Shown: positions 30,490 through 41,390, counted from the stretch's first letter. The stretch is 64,000 bases of DNA from Nitrospirales bacterium (GCA_963555755.3 OY820905.2:4288001-4352000), one strand, 5' to 3'. A program made the numbers and translations. Notes: generated by a model from the sequence alone, not told the origin.

Positions 30490-31053
30490 ATCGGGTTTCC
30501 CTGGTGTTAAGCTATTCCACTGAAGGCTGTGAAGGACGAGAGCGATTAGAGTATCCTTGTATCTTGTCCCAGCAATTTGTTTACATTCTCCTGGCTATTA
30601 TACTACCTTTTACAAAAAGAGAAAGTCCGAACGGATAGCCTCCCGAATGCTGTGGTTGAACACCGCACTGAAGTTCGCACTAAGCCGAAGGCATATCGAT
30701 CTGAGGCGGCTAGTGAGCCATGTATAAGCTTGACACGGGGTGGTCGCTATTCGGTGTGACAAATTCACGGACCGGACAAAATCCACTTTGTGAGGTGCTG
30801 GCCAACGTTGAAGGTGGCGGAAGGTTCCCGACTGGCCGAGAAATTTTCCAAGCTGCATGCAGATTGCACATGGCCGTAAAGGTCGAGTCCTTAGCCTCGA
30901 GAAGGAATTTTTGGTTGTCGGCTAAACGCTTGAACTACCGCATAGCCAAATCCTAAAAAACGCATATCGAAAAGATGGTAATCCGTTTCGTCTTTCAAAC
31001 AAGATGAAATGCCACGACGGGCGATACGCGGCATAATTCAATGGCTCAGTTAT

Positions 31054-31720
31054 TTAGTCTTCCCTGAGAAAGTCTCTTTTGGCATGTTCGGGTGACGAGG
31101 GATTGGAAATCGAGGATTTGGGCTGAGGCAACCCACCAACAGCGGCACCCAAAAAATTCAGATTCCGGAGAATTGCCCGTAAGTGTTTGCCCACGCCACA
31201 TAACACCGTATTTAACTTATCGCTTTCCCTGCCTTTGAGGAAGTTCCACCGCAAGAAGCCGTTTCCCTTCAAATGCCCCCTGATCAGTTCCATTGCATTC
31301 CGTAACTGTATGGTCTGTTCCTGTGCCGGCGTCACGGCTTGCCGTGGCCGATGTACCAACACCTCCGTCTAGGGCAAATCCACTCCATGCTCCCGATATC
31401 CTTGATTCACCATACACCGCCGCGACCGTTTTCCCGTCGAACGCTCGATTGGCTCCAATTCCCCGGCCAGCGTGTACCCATCATACGGGTTCCCCACCAG
31501 CCCTTATAGCCCCACCACAAAGTTGGTCGTCTTCCTTGTCGCCACACTTACCTGGTGCCGAGGGGCAGGGCGAACGGTTTTGGTCTGCAAGCCCCACCGT
31601 CCCAATCAGCAACCCGGGTCGACCTCGCTCGGTGTACAACACCCCAAATTGATCAACACACGACTCCCTGGGAATTTCCCCCCAGGCAACACAGCCCATG
31701 GTGAGTACTAATGGCTGAAG
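31054..31720 (-). pseudogene. Degenerate IS5-family transposase and right end
   Basis: ELIRGHLKGNGFLRWNFLKGRESDKLNTVLCGVGKHLRAIL; end CTTTCTCAGGGAAGACTAA; fragmented frames. Confidence 0.8.
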
Positions 31721-31742
31721 TAATAGTCGACAGAACCTAAAG

Positions 31743-32990
31743 TTAATTCACTATCAACCCCTGGGGTGTTCCTGGTGGTGTTGTGTCAGATCCTGTGGTG
31801 ACATGATTGAGCCTAAACACATGGATAATGAGCCGATCTCCCTTGCGGTTGTGCGAAATGAAAAGACGTTGTGTTGAAGGATCATATGTAGCACCAATCG
31901 GCTTAGATGTTTCTGCTTGAAATGGAAGCGGAATCTGCCAAATCTGATAGGGAGTTACCTCCCACGGTGATTTTTCTCCATTCTTTACTTTGAGTAAATC
32001 TAGGGCATCATAGGCCCACACTTGGTTCACGTAAGGATAAGCATGGTTACCTTTAGAATTATCAACCGGATCGTTGCAGACATCAGCCTCCCCATAACAA
32101 TATGTTCCTGTTCCATGTATCCCAAAAAAGAGTAAGCTTCGGCTGTCCTTGGGAAACACTACGCCTTTAATCTTAGTGGTACCATTGAAATAGAGATTGG
32201 TTGTATCCCACTCACGAAGGGGGTCAGAGGATGGGTATTGAACCAGTGGAGTTGCAGGTACAGGTGATTGTTGCCCTACATTTGCTGGATCGAAGACAGA
32301 AGCTGCAGGCCCATATGAAGTTCGAGATATGATCGAAAGACAGCAATTACCGGTAATGGCAGGACCACCGAAAGACGTTTGCCATTCTGGTGGGATATGA
32401 GTCATATACCCTGACACAAATCCTGCGTTGTCTCCTACCTTATACATTCCTTCAGCGTCACCTTGGATTGAGAGATCTAATGAAGAGGAAAAATGGGAAA
32501 GTGTTTGACTGCCGTTGGCATCATAGTAACTATAGGTAGCGCCGTAGAGCTTATTGTTGAATGCCAGCAGTCCCCCCATTTTAATGGTTCCAGAATCGAT
32601 GGTGTACATCTTGCCCTCTGATGCATCAGTGAAAGGTTGAAGCACGGTGGCAATGGGAAGGTCTTCTTCTTGTGAAGTCACGAGGGGAGTGGGAATGCTC
32701 ACTTCTGCCACCATTTGGTGATGAGAGTGTCCAACGATGAACAGAGAGTTGTTCAGCGGATGGTATTCTATCACTTCGCCTCCATAGGTGAAATTTGATC
32801 CTCCAAAGGTACCTTTGGGCAGGATGAAAGCTCCTTCGTAGTCTAAGTTCTCTTGATAGAGTAAGGGGGCTGATTGTGGGTCAGCGGCATTGACGAAGGA
32901 TGCCCCGATGTGGGCTTCCCAGAGAAAAAGGGTGCTCAGAAATATAATAAATTTCACGGCGCGGGGAAGAAAATGCGCGTTCGCTTTCAT
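31743..32990 (-). CDS. Secreted hypothetical protein with DTTPPGTPQGL C-terminal tail
   Basis: AGGAGG RBS, signal peptide, beta-rich body. Confidence 0.8.
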   Translation of the reverse strand: MKANAHFLPRAVKFIIFLSTLFLWEAHIGASFVNAADPQSAPLLYQENLDYEGAFILPKGTFGGSNFTYGGEVIEYHPLNNSLFIVGHSHHQMVAEVSIPTPLVTSQEEDLPIATVLQPFTDASEGKMYTIDSGTIKMGGLLAFNNKLYGATYSYYDANGSQTLSHFSSSLDLSIQGDAEGMYKVGDNAGFVSGYMTHIPPEWQTSFGGPAITGNCCLSIISRTSYGPAASVFDPANVGQQSPVPATPLVQYPSSDPLREWDTTNLYFNGTTKIKGVVFPKDSRSLLFFGIHGTGTYCYGEADVCNDPVDNSKGNHAYPYVNQVWAYDALDLLKVKNGEKSPWEVTPYQIWQIPLPFQAETSKPIGATYDPSTQRLFISHNRKGDRLIIHVFRLNHVTTGSDTTPPGTPQGLIVN

Positions 32991-33029
32991 AACGGAACCT
33001 CCTAAGATTAAAGCCTTGATCAAGAGTCA

Positions 33030-34373
33030 ACTCAAGGATTGTGACTTCGTTTTTTGAAGAACGATTTTATCTCCGACTTTCCTGCCTATTGCATGAGTTG
33101 TGCGATGGTCGTGAATTTCACTTATCAGAGGTTCTTGTGCCCGACACACAAAGGTTGAAGTTTTCATTGGTCTCTGCATATTGATGAACCTGTCAATAGA
33201 AATAGAGCCTGGGCAGAACTGGTGTGGATTGGTGAAGTCAACTCCTTCGTTTACGATTTTCACGGGAATGTCCCTCATGATAATTTCTGTTGGCACATCT
33301 AGATAAATGTAATCTTGTTCTGTTCCAATGACCAGTGCTGTATCTAGTATGACCTCAATTATTTCTTTTTCTTTCGGAATTTGGTGGGGTGATTAGGTAA
33401 GGAATTCCAGGTATCCGACTGTCTTCTTCCCAATCACTGGCACCTTGTTTATTGTGGGTCGTTCACTAGAGCTCCATACCGTTTTTTTTCGCTGATACTG
33501 GCTCTCCTTTAGGCAGCCCGAAGTTACCCGAGGGCCGTTTGTATTCCAGTTCAGCTCCCAAGCCGACAATCCCCCCTTTTGGCCTTCACTCACCTAAAAC
33601 GCTTCAATATGTCGCAAGTCTTGGTAATACACTGGGCACAGGGATCGGTGATGCCCTCCTCCCAGGCGACACACCCTCATTTTTAAACAGCTGGCTAGGC
33701 TTCGAACTCCTCCTGCTTCTAAAGGTATGTTTCCCAGCAATCAACAACCAATTCCCCTTTTTGTTCAGCCCTGTAAATGGTGTTTCGTAATGCCAATAAA
33801 TCCCGGTGCCGTATGTTTCTTTGCCAGTATGGCCAAGGTTGGTGTTTTGGCCGTGCCAAGCATCTTTCAGATTCCGTCAAGCACTTCTGGAGTGGTGCCG
33901 TATTGTGCTGTGTCAAAAACGCCCTGACCATCAACGCGTAGATCTAAAGTCTGTTCCCCGACGATGAATGTTTGCGCTGAAGCGACTTAAAATGGGTGAA
34001 TTAATCGTCCCGACTCTCAGCGTACTGTTGGGTATGAATCGTAACGTTTCGCCCCTGAATTGTGTGTTCCTGAATCGCAACGTTTCATTGGACGCACTCT
34101 CTATCACATCGGCCTCGCTTGTAGACCACCGTCGGTCACATTTTGTTGGTGATTAACATCACCATCTTGGGGAAGACGGGCCGGATTCCATGTGGACGTA
34201 CTGGCCCATGCGCCATTTTGCGCGCTCTGGATTGTGTGATTCTGGGAGAAGTTTGGAATCGAATCGTGGTGTAATTGGAAAAAAGCAGGTCCCTGAGAGG
34301 CTGTGCTCTCTGTGACTCCGAAGCTAAAGCTTACGATGAGTATCAGAAATGATAATTGAATTAACCGTTTCAT
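33030..34373 (-). pseudogene. Decayed G8-domain secreted protein gene(s)
   Basis: Signal peptide + SAQNGAWASTSTWNPARLPQDGDV; downstream fragments LVIGTEQD...EIIMRDIP...NPHQF...KTSTFV with stops and frameshifts. Confidence 0.65.
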
Positions 34374-34455
34374 GATTCGCTCCTATCCTGTATGCCGTGA
34401 GAAAGGCAGCGCTCGTATGTTTCTTCAGTTCGTTGAGCGCGCTAGTGGTTCACCC

Positions 34456-37400
34456 TTAATTTGGGATTACCTTCGTTCCTTCAAGAGAATAGGGACTTTC
34501 ATTGCCTGCAAAGTCTACCGCGGTGACCGTGAAATAATAGGTCCCTGGTGCTAAGCCAGTTATTATATAGTGAGGGGTATTCGGGGTACTGGTCAACCCG
34601 ACGTTCATACCCGTGCTGTACGACTGTGGTTGATTGCCGAAATAGACCCTGTAGTAGCTTAGGTCCGATTCCTGATTTTTTTGCCATGTCAGTACCGCGG
34701 TCCCCTGTGGTGGAGTGGGCGTGGTGACCGCTGTTTCGGGCGACGGGGCAGAGTTGTTGTCTGCGGCATCATGGGCGACGACGAAATAGGCATAGGTCGT
34801 GGATGGGGATAAATTGGAATCCACATAAGACAAATTGGACGTGGTGGCCAGAGGGTTGTTATCGCGGTACAGCGTGTAGCCAGTCACCGCGACATTATCC
34901 GTAGCGGCCGACCAGGTGAGGGTCGCTTGAGTCGAGGAGTCCACCACCGCCGATTGAATCATGGGGGTACTGGGTGGGGTCGTATCTGCGAGGGAGAGGG
35001 TTGTGCCCGTAACCGGGGCAGAGTGAGTAGACTCATTGTCCGCGGCGTCAAGAGCGGTCACCGAATAGGTGTATGTGGTAGACGGGGTGAGGTTAGAGTC
35101 TGCATAATTCCAGTTTGGGGTGGTTCCAACAGGCACCCCATCTCGATAGAGGGTAAAGGCCGTCGCGGTTCCCCCTCCAGAGCTTTGGGAAAGATGATAA
35201 TTTTCTGCCATAATATCGATAAACCAGTTAGCTTGGGCATCTGTGATATTACCCTCAAGTGTTCCCTGCTGGGCTGGAAGTGGACTGCGAACGATGATAG
35301 GAAAGTTAGTTAAATTGTCGGAAATGTTTACGGTGGTGGGTCCAAATCGATATTCAATTGACCAGTTCACCGAGTGATTCAGGCCTTCATGATAATAGAT
35401 GGTATTGTGTTGAACCTGAGAATTGAGAGCATAATTATTTTCAATGGCGGCGTCTGCCGGTTCTGTGAGAGCCAAGATAACATTATTTTCCACGAGTCCG
35501 TTTTGGTGATCATAGAGTACGTCGGCTCCGCCCCGTGAGAGCGTATGTGGCGAACTAAGCCCCAACGCAATACCTCGCCAACTGTCGACAATCAGATTCC
35601 GGCGAATAATGGTGTCAAGCGAGTTTCTCCAGACTAGGATTGCAGGCCCAGCCGGACCGGCTTCGCTTCGAATCCGACGAAACTCATTGTCGCGAATGAC
35701 CCATCCCTTCCCCGCGAGTATGTCCACCCCGTTTGTGTAGCTTGGCAGTGAGGTGCCAGTTCCTTTGGAGAATGTCGTATATTCGATGCGGGAGCAGGCC
35801 ACGAGACCATAGTCAGCGAATTTCCCGAGGGTGCCATCACCAGTGCTCACTTTCACAAATTGCTGTCCGGCATCCAACAGATGAACATTGTAAATCGTTG
35901 TTCCGGTAATGCCCTTTTCCCCTCGCACTTGAATGTTGTGATTGGTGGGCTGACTCAATGTCACGTCGGCGACTGTAAATTCATCTACATTGACTGAAAT
36001 ATTGTTGTAGCCTCCCTCGATGCGGACGGCCTCTCGGTTGCCGGAGGCGCTTCGGATGGTCAACCCAGGTGTTTTAATTTCCAGTGATTTATTCGATGGT
36101 AGTACATAGACTCCATCCTCTAATAGGAAAGTGGTTCCCGATTGGGCGGACGATATTTTTGACAAGAGGTCATTCACATCACCACTGGCAATGTTGATAA
36201 TTGGTTGGCCAGACTCGGGTTGTTCCATTGCCGGACAATATGCTGCCGCTCCAAGATTCACGGATGCCTCAACCCCGGCCAAGACATCTTCAGGGGCTGG
36301 GATCCAATTGATGGTAAGTTGTGAATCAGAATCAACCTGGACTGCCTGAATGGTTGGGGCCCCATGAGGGTCGGTGAATTCGGGAAGTGTCGTGACAGAA
36401 ATGGTTGAACTTGGGGAAGAAACGTTATTGGCGGCATCCTGAGCAACGACTGAATATCCATAGGTCGTGAACGGTGCCAAATTGGTATCCACATAGGTCA
36501 GATCAGGTGTGGTGTCCAGTAACGTATTGTCACGATAGATGGCATAGCCTGTGACGCCTACGTTATCGGTGGCCGGAGACCAGGTGAGGGTGGCTTGAGT
36601 GGAGGAGTCGGCCACCGCGGATTGAATGGCTGGGGTGCTGGGGGGGGTGGTATCTGGGAGAGTCGGTGTCGTAACAGAGGCGTTTGCAGAAGGGTCAGAG
36701 TTATTATCAGCGGCATCATGGGCCACCACGAAGTAAGCATAAGTGGTGGACGGGGAGAGCGTGGTATCGATAAACGTCAGGTTCGATGTTGTGGTCAAGG
36801 GATTGTTATCGCGGTAAAGGGTATAGCCGGTCACCGCGACATTATCCGTAGCGGCCGACCAGGTGAGGGTGGCTTGAGTGGAGGAGTCGGCCACCGCGGA
36901 TAGAATGGCTGGGGTGCTGGGGGGGGTGGTATCTGGGGGGAGAGCCGGTGTCGTAACAGAGGCGTTTGCAGAAGGGGCAGAGTTATTATCAGCGGCATCA
37001 TGGGTTACCACGAAGTAGGCATAAGTGGTGGATGGGGAGAGCGTGGTATCGATAAACGTCAGGTTCGATGTTGTGGTCAAGGGATTGTTATCGCGGTAAA
37101 GGGTATAGCCGGTCACCGCGACATTATCCGTAGCGGCCGACCAGGTGAGGGTGGCTTGAGTGGAGGAGTCGGCTACCGCGGATAGAATGGCTGGGGTGCT
37201 CGGTGGGGTGGTATCCGTGGAGTCGTTTCCCCCAGGGCTGAGTACTTCCACGGTCTCCCCAACATAGAGATGCTTTCTTGTAGCGCTGATATCCAGATCT
37301 TGCCAATCAATCATGTTACTCTTGTCCTTGCCTCGAATGATCCAGGCCGATGTGTTGGTGCCGCCTGTGTAATATACCGTTGTCATTCCCTTAGGCGCCC

Positions 37401-37746
37401 AGAACGTTAGAAACACGTCCTGCTCGGCCACCAAATCGAACGCAATGGGATCACTGGTCACCGTCTCGCCTGCTGGCACTGTCACCCCCGCGTCCCAAGA
37501 CCCGCCAAAGGTCACCTGCCGAAAGCTACTATCCACCCCATTAAGCGTACTGCCGTCCCGTTGCACCAGCGAAACCCGTTGCACGGTGTAACTGCCCGAG
37601 GCGCGCCCTTGAAGTGTCAGCTGGATGTTAGATCCTGTGGTGGTAATGGAGGCTCCGTCGAGTAATATTCGAAAACTCCGCTTGTCCCACCCGGAATTCT
37701 TCCAGGTCCCTTCGGGATTTTGGTCTGTGGCCGTCCACGCCACCAC
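34456..37746 (-). CDS. C-terminal part of giant FN3-repeat / right-handed beta-helix surface protein
   Basis: DTTPPSTP...W...YTLYRD...Y..VVAHDAA.N FN3 repeats; beta-helix region (LEDGVY, NGVDI, IRDNEF, IIRRNLI, VENNVI). Confidence 0.85.
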   Translation of the reverse strand: MVAWTATDQNPEGTWKNSGWDKRSFRILLDGASITTTGSNIQLTLQGRASGSYTVQRVSLVQRDGSTLNGVDSSFRQVTFGGSWDAGVTVPAGETVTSDPIAFDLVAEQDVFLTFWAPKGMTTVYYTGGTNTSAWIIRGKDKSNMIDWQDLDISATRKHLYVGETVEVLSPGGNDSTDTTPPSTPAILSAVADSSTQATLTWSAATDNVAVTGYTLYRDNNPLTTTSNLTFIDTTLSPSTTYAYFVVTHDAADNNSAPSANASVTTPALPPDTTPPSTPAILSAVADSSTQATLTWSAATDNVAVTGYTLYRDNNPLTTTSNLTFIDTTLSPSTTYAYFVVAHDAADNNSDPSANASVTTPTLPDTTPPSTPAIQSAVADSSTQATLTWSPATDNVGVTGYAIYRDNTLLDTTPDLTYVDTNLAPFTTYGYSVVAQDAANNVSSPSSTISVTTLPEFTDPHGAPTIQAVQVDSDSQLTINWIPAPEDVLAGVEASVNLGAAAYCPAMEQPESGQPIINIASGDVNDLLSKISSAQSGTTFLLEDGVYVLPSNKSLEIKTPGLTIRSASGNREAVRIEGGYNNISVNVDEFTVADVTLSQPTNHNIQVRGEKGITGTTIYNVHLLDAGQQFVKVSTGDGTLGKFADYGLVACSRIEYTTFSKGTGTSLPSYTNGVDILAGKGWVIRDNEFRRIRSEAGPAGPAILVWRNSLDTIIRRNLIVDSWRGIALGLSSPHTLSRGGADVLYDHQNGLVENNVILALTEPADAAIENNYALNSQVQHNTIYYHEGLNHSVNWSIEYRFGPTTVNISDNLTNFPIIVRSPLPAQQGTLEGNITDAQANWFIDIMAENYHLSQSSGGGTATAFTLYRDGVPVGTTPNWNYADSNLTPSTTYTYSVTALDAADNESTHSAPVTGTTLSLADTTPPSTPMIQSAVVDSSTQATLTWSAATDNVAVTGYTLYRDNNPLATTSNLSYVDSNLSPSTTYAYFVVAHDAADNNSAPSPETAVTTPTPPQGTAVLTWQKNQESDLSYYRVYFGNQPQSYSTGMNVGLTSTPNTPHYIITGLAPGTYYFTVTAVDFAGNESPYSLEGTKVIPN

Positions 37747-40307
37747 CGGTGTCCCCCCCCGCCGCTCGTCACGGACATTGGGGCGGAAGGTGCTGACGTG
37801 TTGTTCATGGCATCATGGGCCACCACGGAGTAGGCATAAGTGGTGGAGGATGAGAGGGTGGTATCAATAAATTTCGGATTCGACGTTGTAGTCAGAGGGT
37901 TGTTATCGCGGTACAGCGTATACCCGGTGACAGCCACGTTATCGGTGGCCGCGGACCAGGTGATGGTAGCTTGGGTCGAGGAGTCAGCTACCGCGGATTG
38001 AATGACTGGGGTGCTTGGCGGGGTGGTATCTGGGGGAGCGGGAGTCGTGATTGATGTGTTTGTTGACTGGCCAGAGTTGTTGCCCGCGTCATCATGAGCC
38101 ACCACGAAGTAGGCATACGTGGTAGAGGGGGAGAGCGTGGTATCGATAAACGTCAGGTTCGATGTTGTGGTCAGTGGGTAGTTATCGCGGTAGAGTGTAT
38201 ATCCGGTGACAGCCACGCCATCGGTGGCTGCGGACCAGGTGACAGTGGCTTGAGTGGAGGAGTCCGCCACTGCGGATTGAATTTCGGGGGTGCTGGGTGG
38301 CGTGGTATCGGTGGGAGAGGTGTCTCCGATTTGATACTCCACATGGAGCAACGGGGCGGCACTGGAATGGCCATTATACGATTCAGCCACCCGTTTTCCT
38401 GTTCCGGTGATGAGTAAGGCCACGGCGTTGCCACTGGTCCACCCACCGCGGTTGACGAGTTCCTGCATGATGGCAGCCAGATTAGGCGTTTGTTGATCTG
38501 GCCCGGCCACCCCAACACTCGACCAGGGGGCTGGACTCCAATTCACAGAGGCTGCCGTGCGGCTGCGCGTGGATATATTCCCCGTCGCATCTCCAAAGGA
38601 TTCTGCCTGATCTGTGGCTTCACCTTCAATGGTGAGTGTGGTGGTGTCGGTGGAGACTTCATCTACTTGGAATTGCACCCAAGCATTCACAATCGTGGCT
38701 CCTTGAGGAATCGTGAGCCCGGCAAAGCGCATCCCGACGGTCTGATTCGTCGACGCCAAGACGAGTTCCAGGTCACTACTGTTCATATTCACGGCTCCCG
38801 TGGTGTGCTCTTCAGCATCATCAGACCCCGCTGCGACTCGCACGTCTAAGATTGTGATTTCCTCAGGACCTTTTGTGGTGACGGTGGCTTCTGTCGAAGG
38901 TGCAGAGTCGTTAGCCGCGCCATCATGGGCCACCACGGCATACGAGTAGGTGGAAGAAGGCGAGAGATTGGTATCGGTAAAAGTCAGATTGGGCGTAGTG
39001 GTGACCGGATTATTATCGCGATAGAGCGTATACCCGGTGACGCCGACGTTATCTGTGGCGGGTGTCCACGTGATGGTGGCTTGTGTCGAGGAGTCCGCCA
39101 CTGCGGATTGAATTTCGGGGGTGCTGGGTGGCGTGGTATCGGTGGGAGAGGTGTCTCCGATTTGATACTCCACATGGAGCAACGGGGCGGCACTGGAATG
39201 GCCATTATACGATTCAGCCACCCGTTTTCCTGTTCCGGTGATGAGTAAGGCCACGGCGTTGCCACTGGTCCACCCACCGCGGTTGACGAGTTCCTGCATG
39301 ATGGCAGCCAGATTAGGCGTTTGTTGATCTGGCCCGGCCACCCCAACACTCGACCAGGGGGCTGGACTCCAATTCACAGAGGCTGCCGTGCGGCTGCGCG
39401 TGGATATATTCCCCGTCGCATCTCCAAAGGATTCTGCCTGATCTGTGGCTTCACCTTCAATGGTGAGTGTGGTGGTGTCGGTGGAGACTTCATCTACTTG
39501 GAATTGCACCCAAGCATTCACAATCGTGGCTCCTTGAGGAATCGTGAGCCCGGCAAAGCGCATCCCGACGGTCTGATTCGTCGACGCCAAGACGAGTTCC
39601 AGGTCACTACTGTTCATATTCACGGCTCCCGTGGTGTGCTCTTCAGCATCATCAGACCCCGCTGCGACTCGCACGTCTAATACGGTGATATCCCCGGGGG
39701 GTTCTGTCGTGATGGTTGCTTCTGCCGAAGGGTCGGAGTTGTTATCCGCCGCATCATGGGCCACCACGGAGTAGGCATAAGTGGTGGAGGGGGAGAGTGT
39801 GGTATCGATAAATGTCAGATTCGATGTCGTGGTCAGGGGGCTGTTATCGCGGTACAGCGTATACCCAGTGACAGCGATATTATCGGTGGCCGCGGACCAC
39901 GTGATGGTGGCTTGGGTCGAGGAGTCGGCCACCGCGGATTGCATCGCTGGGGTGCTCGGAGGTGTGGTGTCCGGTAGGCCTGGAATAACCGTACTGATTT
40001 CATATCCGGGCAAACTCACATTGCCCGATTGGTCAACAGCTGTCAGCGTGAAAAAATACTCTTGTCCGCTTTGGAGCCCAGTGACAGTAATGATATTTTG
40101 AGGGTGTACAATGAAGAGAGGAGAATTCGGGGCATCGTAGTTCCCGGTCTGGGTGCCGAAATAGATGTAGTACCCATTGATATCTGGCTCGGAGTTTAAC
40201 TCCCACCTCAGGCTAACTTGTCCAGCCAAGACAGAGGCGGGAAAGAGAGTAAGAATGGTTGAAATAACAACGGTGTAAAATGCGCAGGCCACGCTTCGGT
40301 TCAGCAT
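37617..40307 (-). CDS. N-terminal part of the same giant protein (signal peptide, FN3, two 'GSDDAEE' beta-sandwich domains); frame shifts at G8 37753-37760
   Basis: AGGAG RBS, signal peptide; sequence becomes non-repeat-like after SVTSGGGG. Confidence 0.85.
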   Translation of the reverse strand: MLNRSVACAFYTVVISTILTLFPASVLAGQVSLRWELNSEPDINGYYIYFGTQTGNYDAPNSPLFIVHPQNIITVTGLQSGQEYFFTLTAVDQSGNVSLPGYEISTVIPGLPDTTPPSTPAMQSAVADSSTQATITWSAATDNIAVTGYTLYRDNSPLTTTSNLTFIDTTLSPSTTYAYSVVAHDAADNNSDPSAEATITTEPPGDITVLDVRVAAGSDDAEEHTTGAVNMNSSDLELVLASTNQTVGMRFAGLTIPQGATIVNAWVQFQVDEVSTDTTTLTIEGEATDQAESFGDATGNISTRSRTAASVNWSPAPWSSVGVAGPDQQTPNLAAIMQELVNRGGWTSGNAVALLITGTGKRVAESYNGHSSAAPLLHVEYQIGDTSPTDTTPPSTPEIQSAVADSSTQATITWTPATDNVGVTGYTLYRDNNPVTTTPNLTFTDTNLSPSSTYSYAVVAHDGAANDSAPSTEATVTTKGPEEITILDVRVAAGSDDAEEHTTGAVNMNSSDLELVLASTNQTVGMRFAGLTIPQGATIVNAWVQFQVDEVSTDTTTLTIEGEATDQAESFGDATGNISTRSRTAASVNWSPAPWSSVGVAGPDQQTPNLAAIMQELVNRGGWTSGNAVALLITGTGKRVAESYNGHSSAAPLLHVEYQIGDTSPTDTTPPSTPEIQSAVADSSTQATVTWSAATDGVAVTGYTLYRDNYPLTTTSNLTFIDTTLSPSTTYAYFVVAHDDAGNNSGQSTNTSITTPAPPDTTPPSTPVIQSAVADSSTQATITWSAATDNVAVTGYTLYRDNNPLTTTSNPKFIDTTLSSSTTYAYSVVAHDAMNNTSAPSAPMSVTSGGGGHRWWRGRPQTKIPKGPGRIPGGTSGVFEYYSTEPPLPPQDLTSS
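38257..39680. repeat. Internal tandem duplication, period 831 bp
   Basis: 38257-38849 appears identical to 39088-39680; the ORF track shows identical shadow ORFs in both copies. Confidence 0.95.
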
Positions 40308-40363
40308 GGGACTTCTCCTTTTGATCGGATGGCCCCATACTCCACGAGAGCGTGTGTGCTCTT

Positions 40364-40456
40364 CCCTTCTTTCGGTAACCCGGCTATCAGTTGTTGGTCA
40401 CTGACCCGTGGCTTTGCGTCCCCACCTTACGATGGGTTTGCCGTTGTCGAGAAGGG
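40364..40456 (-). ncRNA. Cyclic di-GMP-I (GEMM-I) riboswitch
   Basis: Minus strand reads CGACAACGGCAAACCCATC-GTAA-GGTGGGGACGCAAAGCCACGGGTC...GATAGCCGGGTTACCGAA, the canonical GEMM consensus, ~60 nt upstream of ATG 40307. Confidence 0.93.
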
Positions 40457-41039
40457 GCCTGAAAAACTAAATAGTGTGAATGACTGTCATATGCACCTAT
40501 AATGAATGGGCGATCGAGATATCCTATTAATCGCACCTTATCGGATGAAAAATGACAGACTTTAACGTCATGTAGATAACCAACGTTCATGTAGATAACC
40601 AAAGTACATGAACGTTTTCTAAATGAATTAAATGAAAAATTAGTAGCGGTCAAAGATTATTTTGTAAAGGAGATTCATACATTTAGTGAAGGTTGGAAAA
40701 ACTTCATGTCTGCAATGGTGACAGGCTCCTAGGAAGCAAAAGGAGTGCAACTCGAAAAATCCGTATTGCTAATTTATATAAGTTTCAAAGTCCCGTTCCA
40801 CTTGAGCATTAAGAGCATGACGGAATATTGAGGCCTTTGCTGGCTTTTTGTGTCACACTTCGACTTCCACCTGAATCTGTCGAAAAATGGCGACATCAAC
40901 CGTTATATCCCTCAAAGGTATAGATTTCCGCTTTTGATTGAGTGTTGGTTGTTTCTGGAATGAAGTACTCATAGGGCTTCCAATAGTCGCTCATCATGCC
41001 TTTAAGGGCGGCATGTTTCCCCATTTCCCCCTATTGTTT

Positions 41040-41390
41040 GTTGGTTCCAGCATCAAGCAGGAATTTTTTCAGACCTAATAGTAGGTGTGCATTTCCTCCA
41101 TTTCTATGATTTTGATGCCGGATCGCGAGCGAAAAGGTTTCAATGGATTCGCCGAAGGCCTTGATCCTGTGGTGCACCGACACAGGACTGCATTGCAAAA
41201 AATGGCCGCTCAAACGAACCCAAAGGCTTTCCAGGTACAACTCCGAGGTCTGGCGCTTGAAGGTCGGGGTTCTTGCCACGGAATCGTACGGTATGCCGAT
41301 ACTGGCACACCTTGCAAAGGTAACGCTGTCAGCTTTTCACCACACCATCTTTGACGCAATTCATCCCCACCCATTTCGAGCAACGCATCA
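41040..41390 (-). pseudogene. Degenerate IS1-family transposase
   Basis: NCVKDGVVKS*QRYLCKVCQYQHTV (InsA zinc ribbon), then KRQTSELYLESL...QCSPVSVHHRIKAFG (HTH) in another frame. Confidence 0.75.

Noticed and set aside
30900..31040. MPRIAR...DETDY, resembling the start of a REP-associated tyrosine transposase
   Set aside because: Only a few residues match and there is no HUH motif
36560..39960. Regular repeats considered as a CRISPR array or DGR template/variable pair
   Set aside because: They are in-frame FN3 coding repeats; no spacers, cas genes or reverse transcriptase
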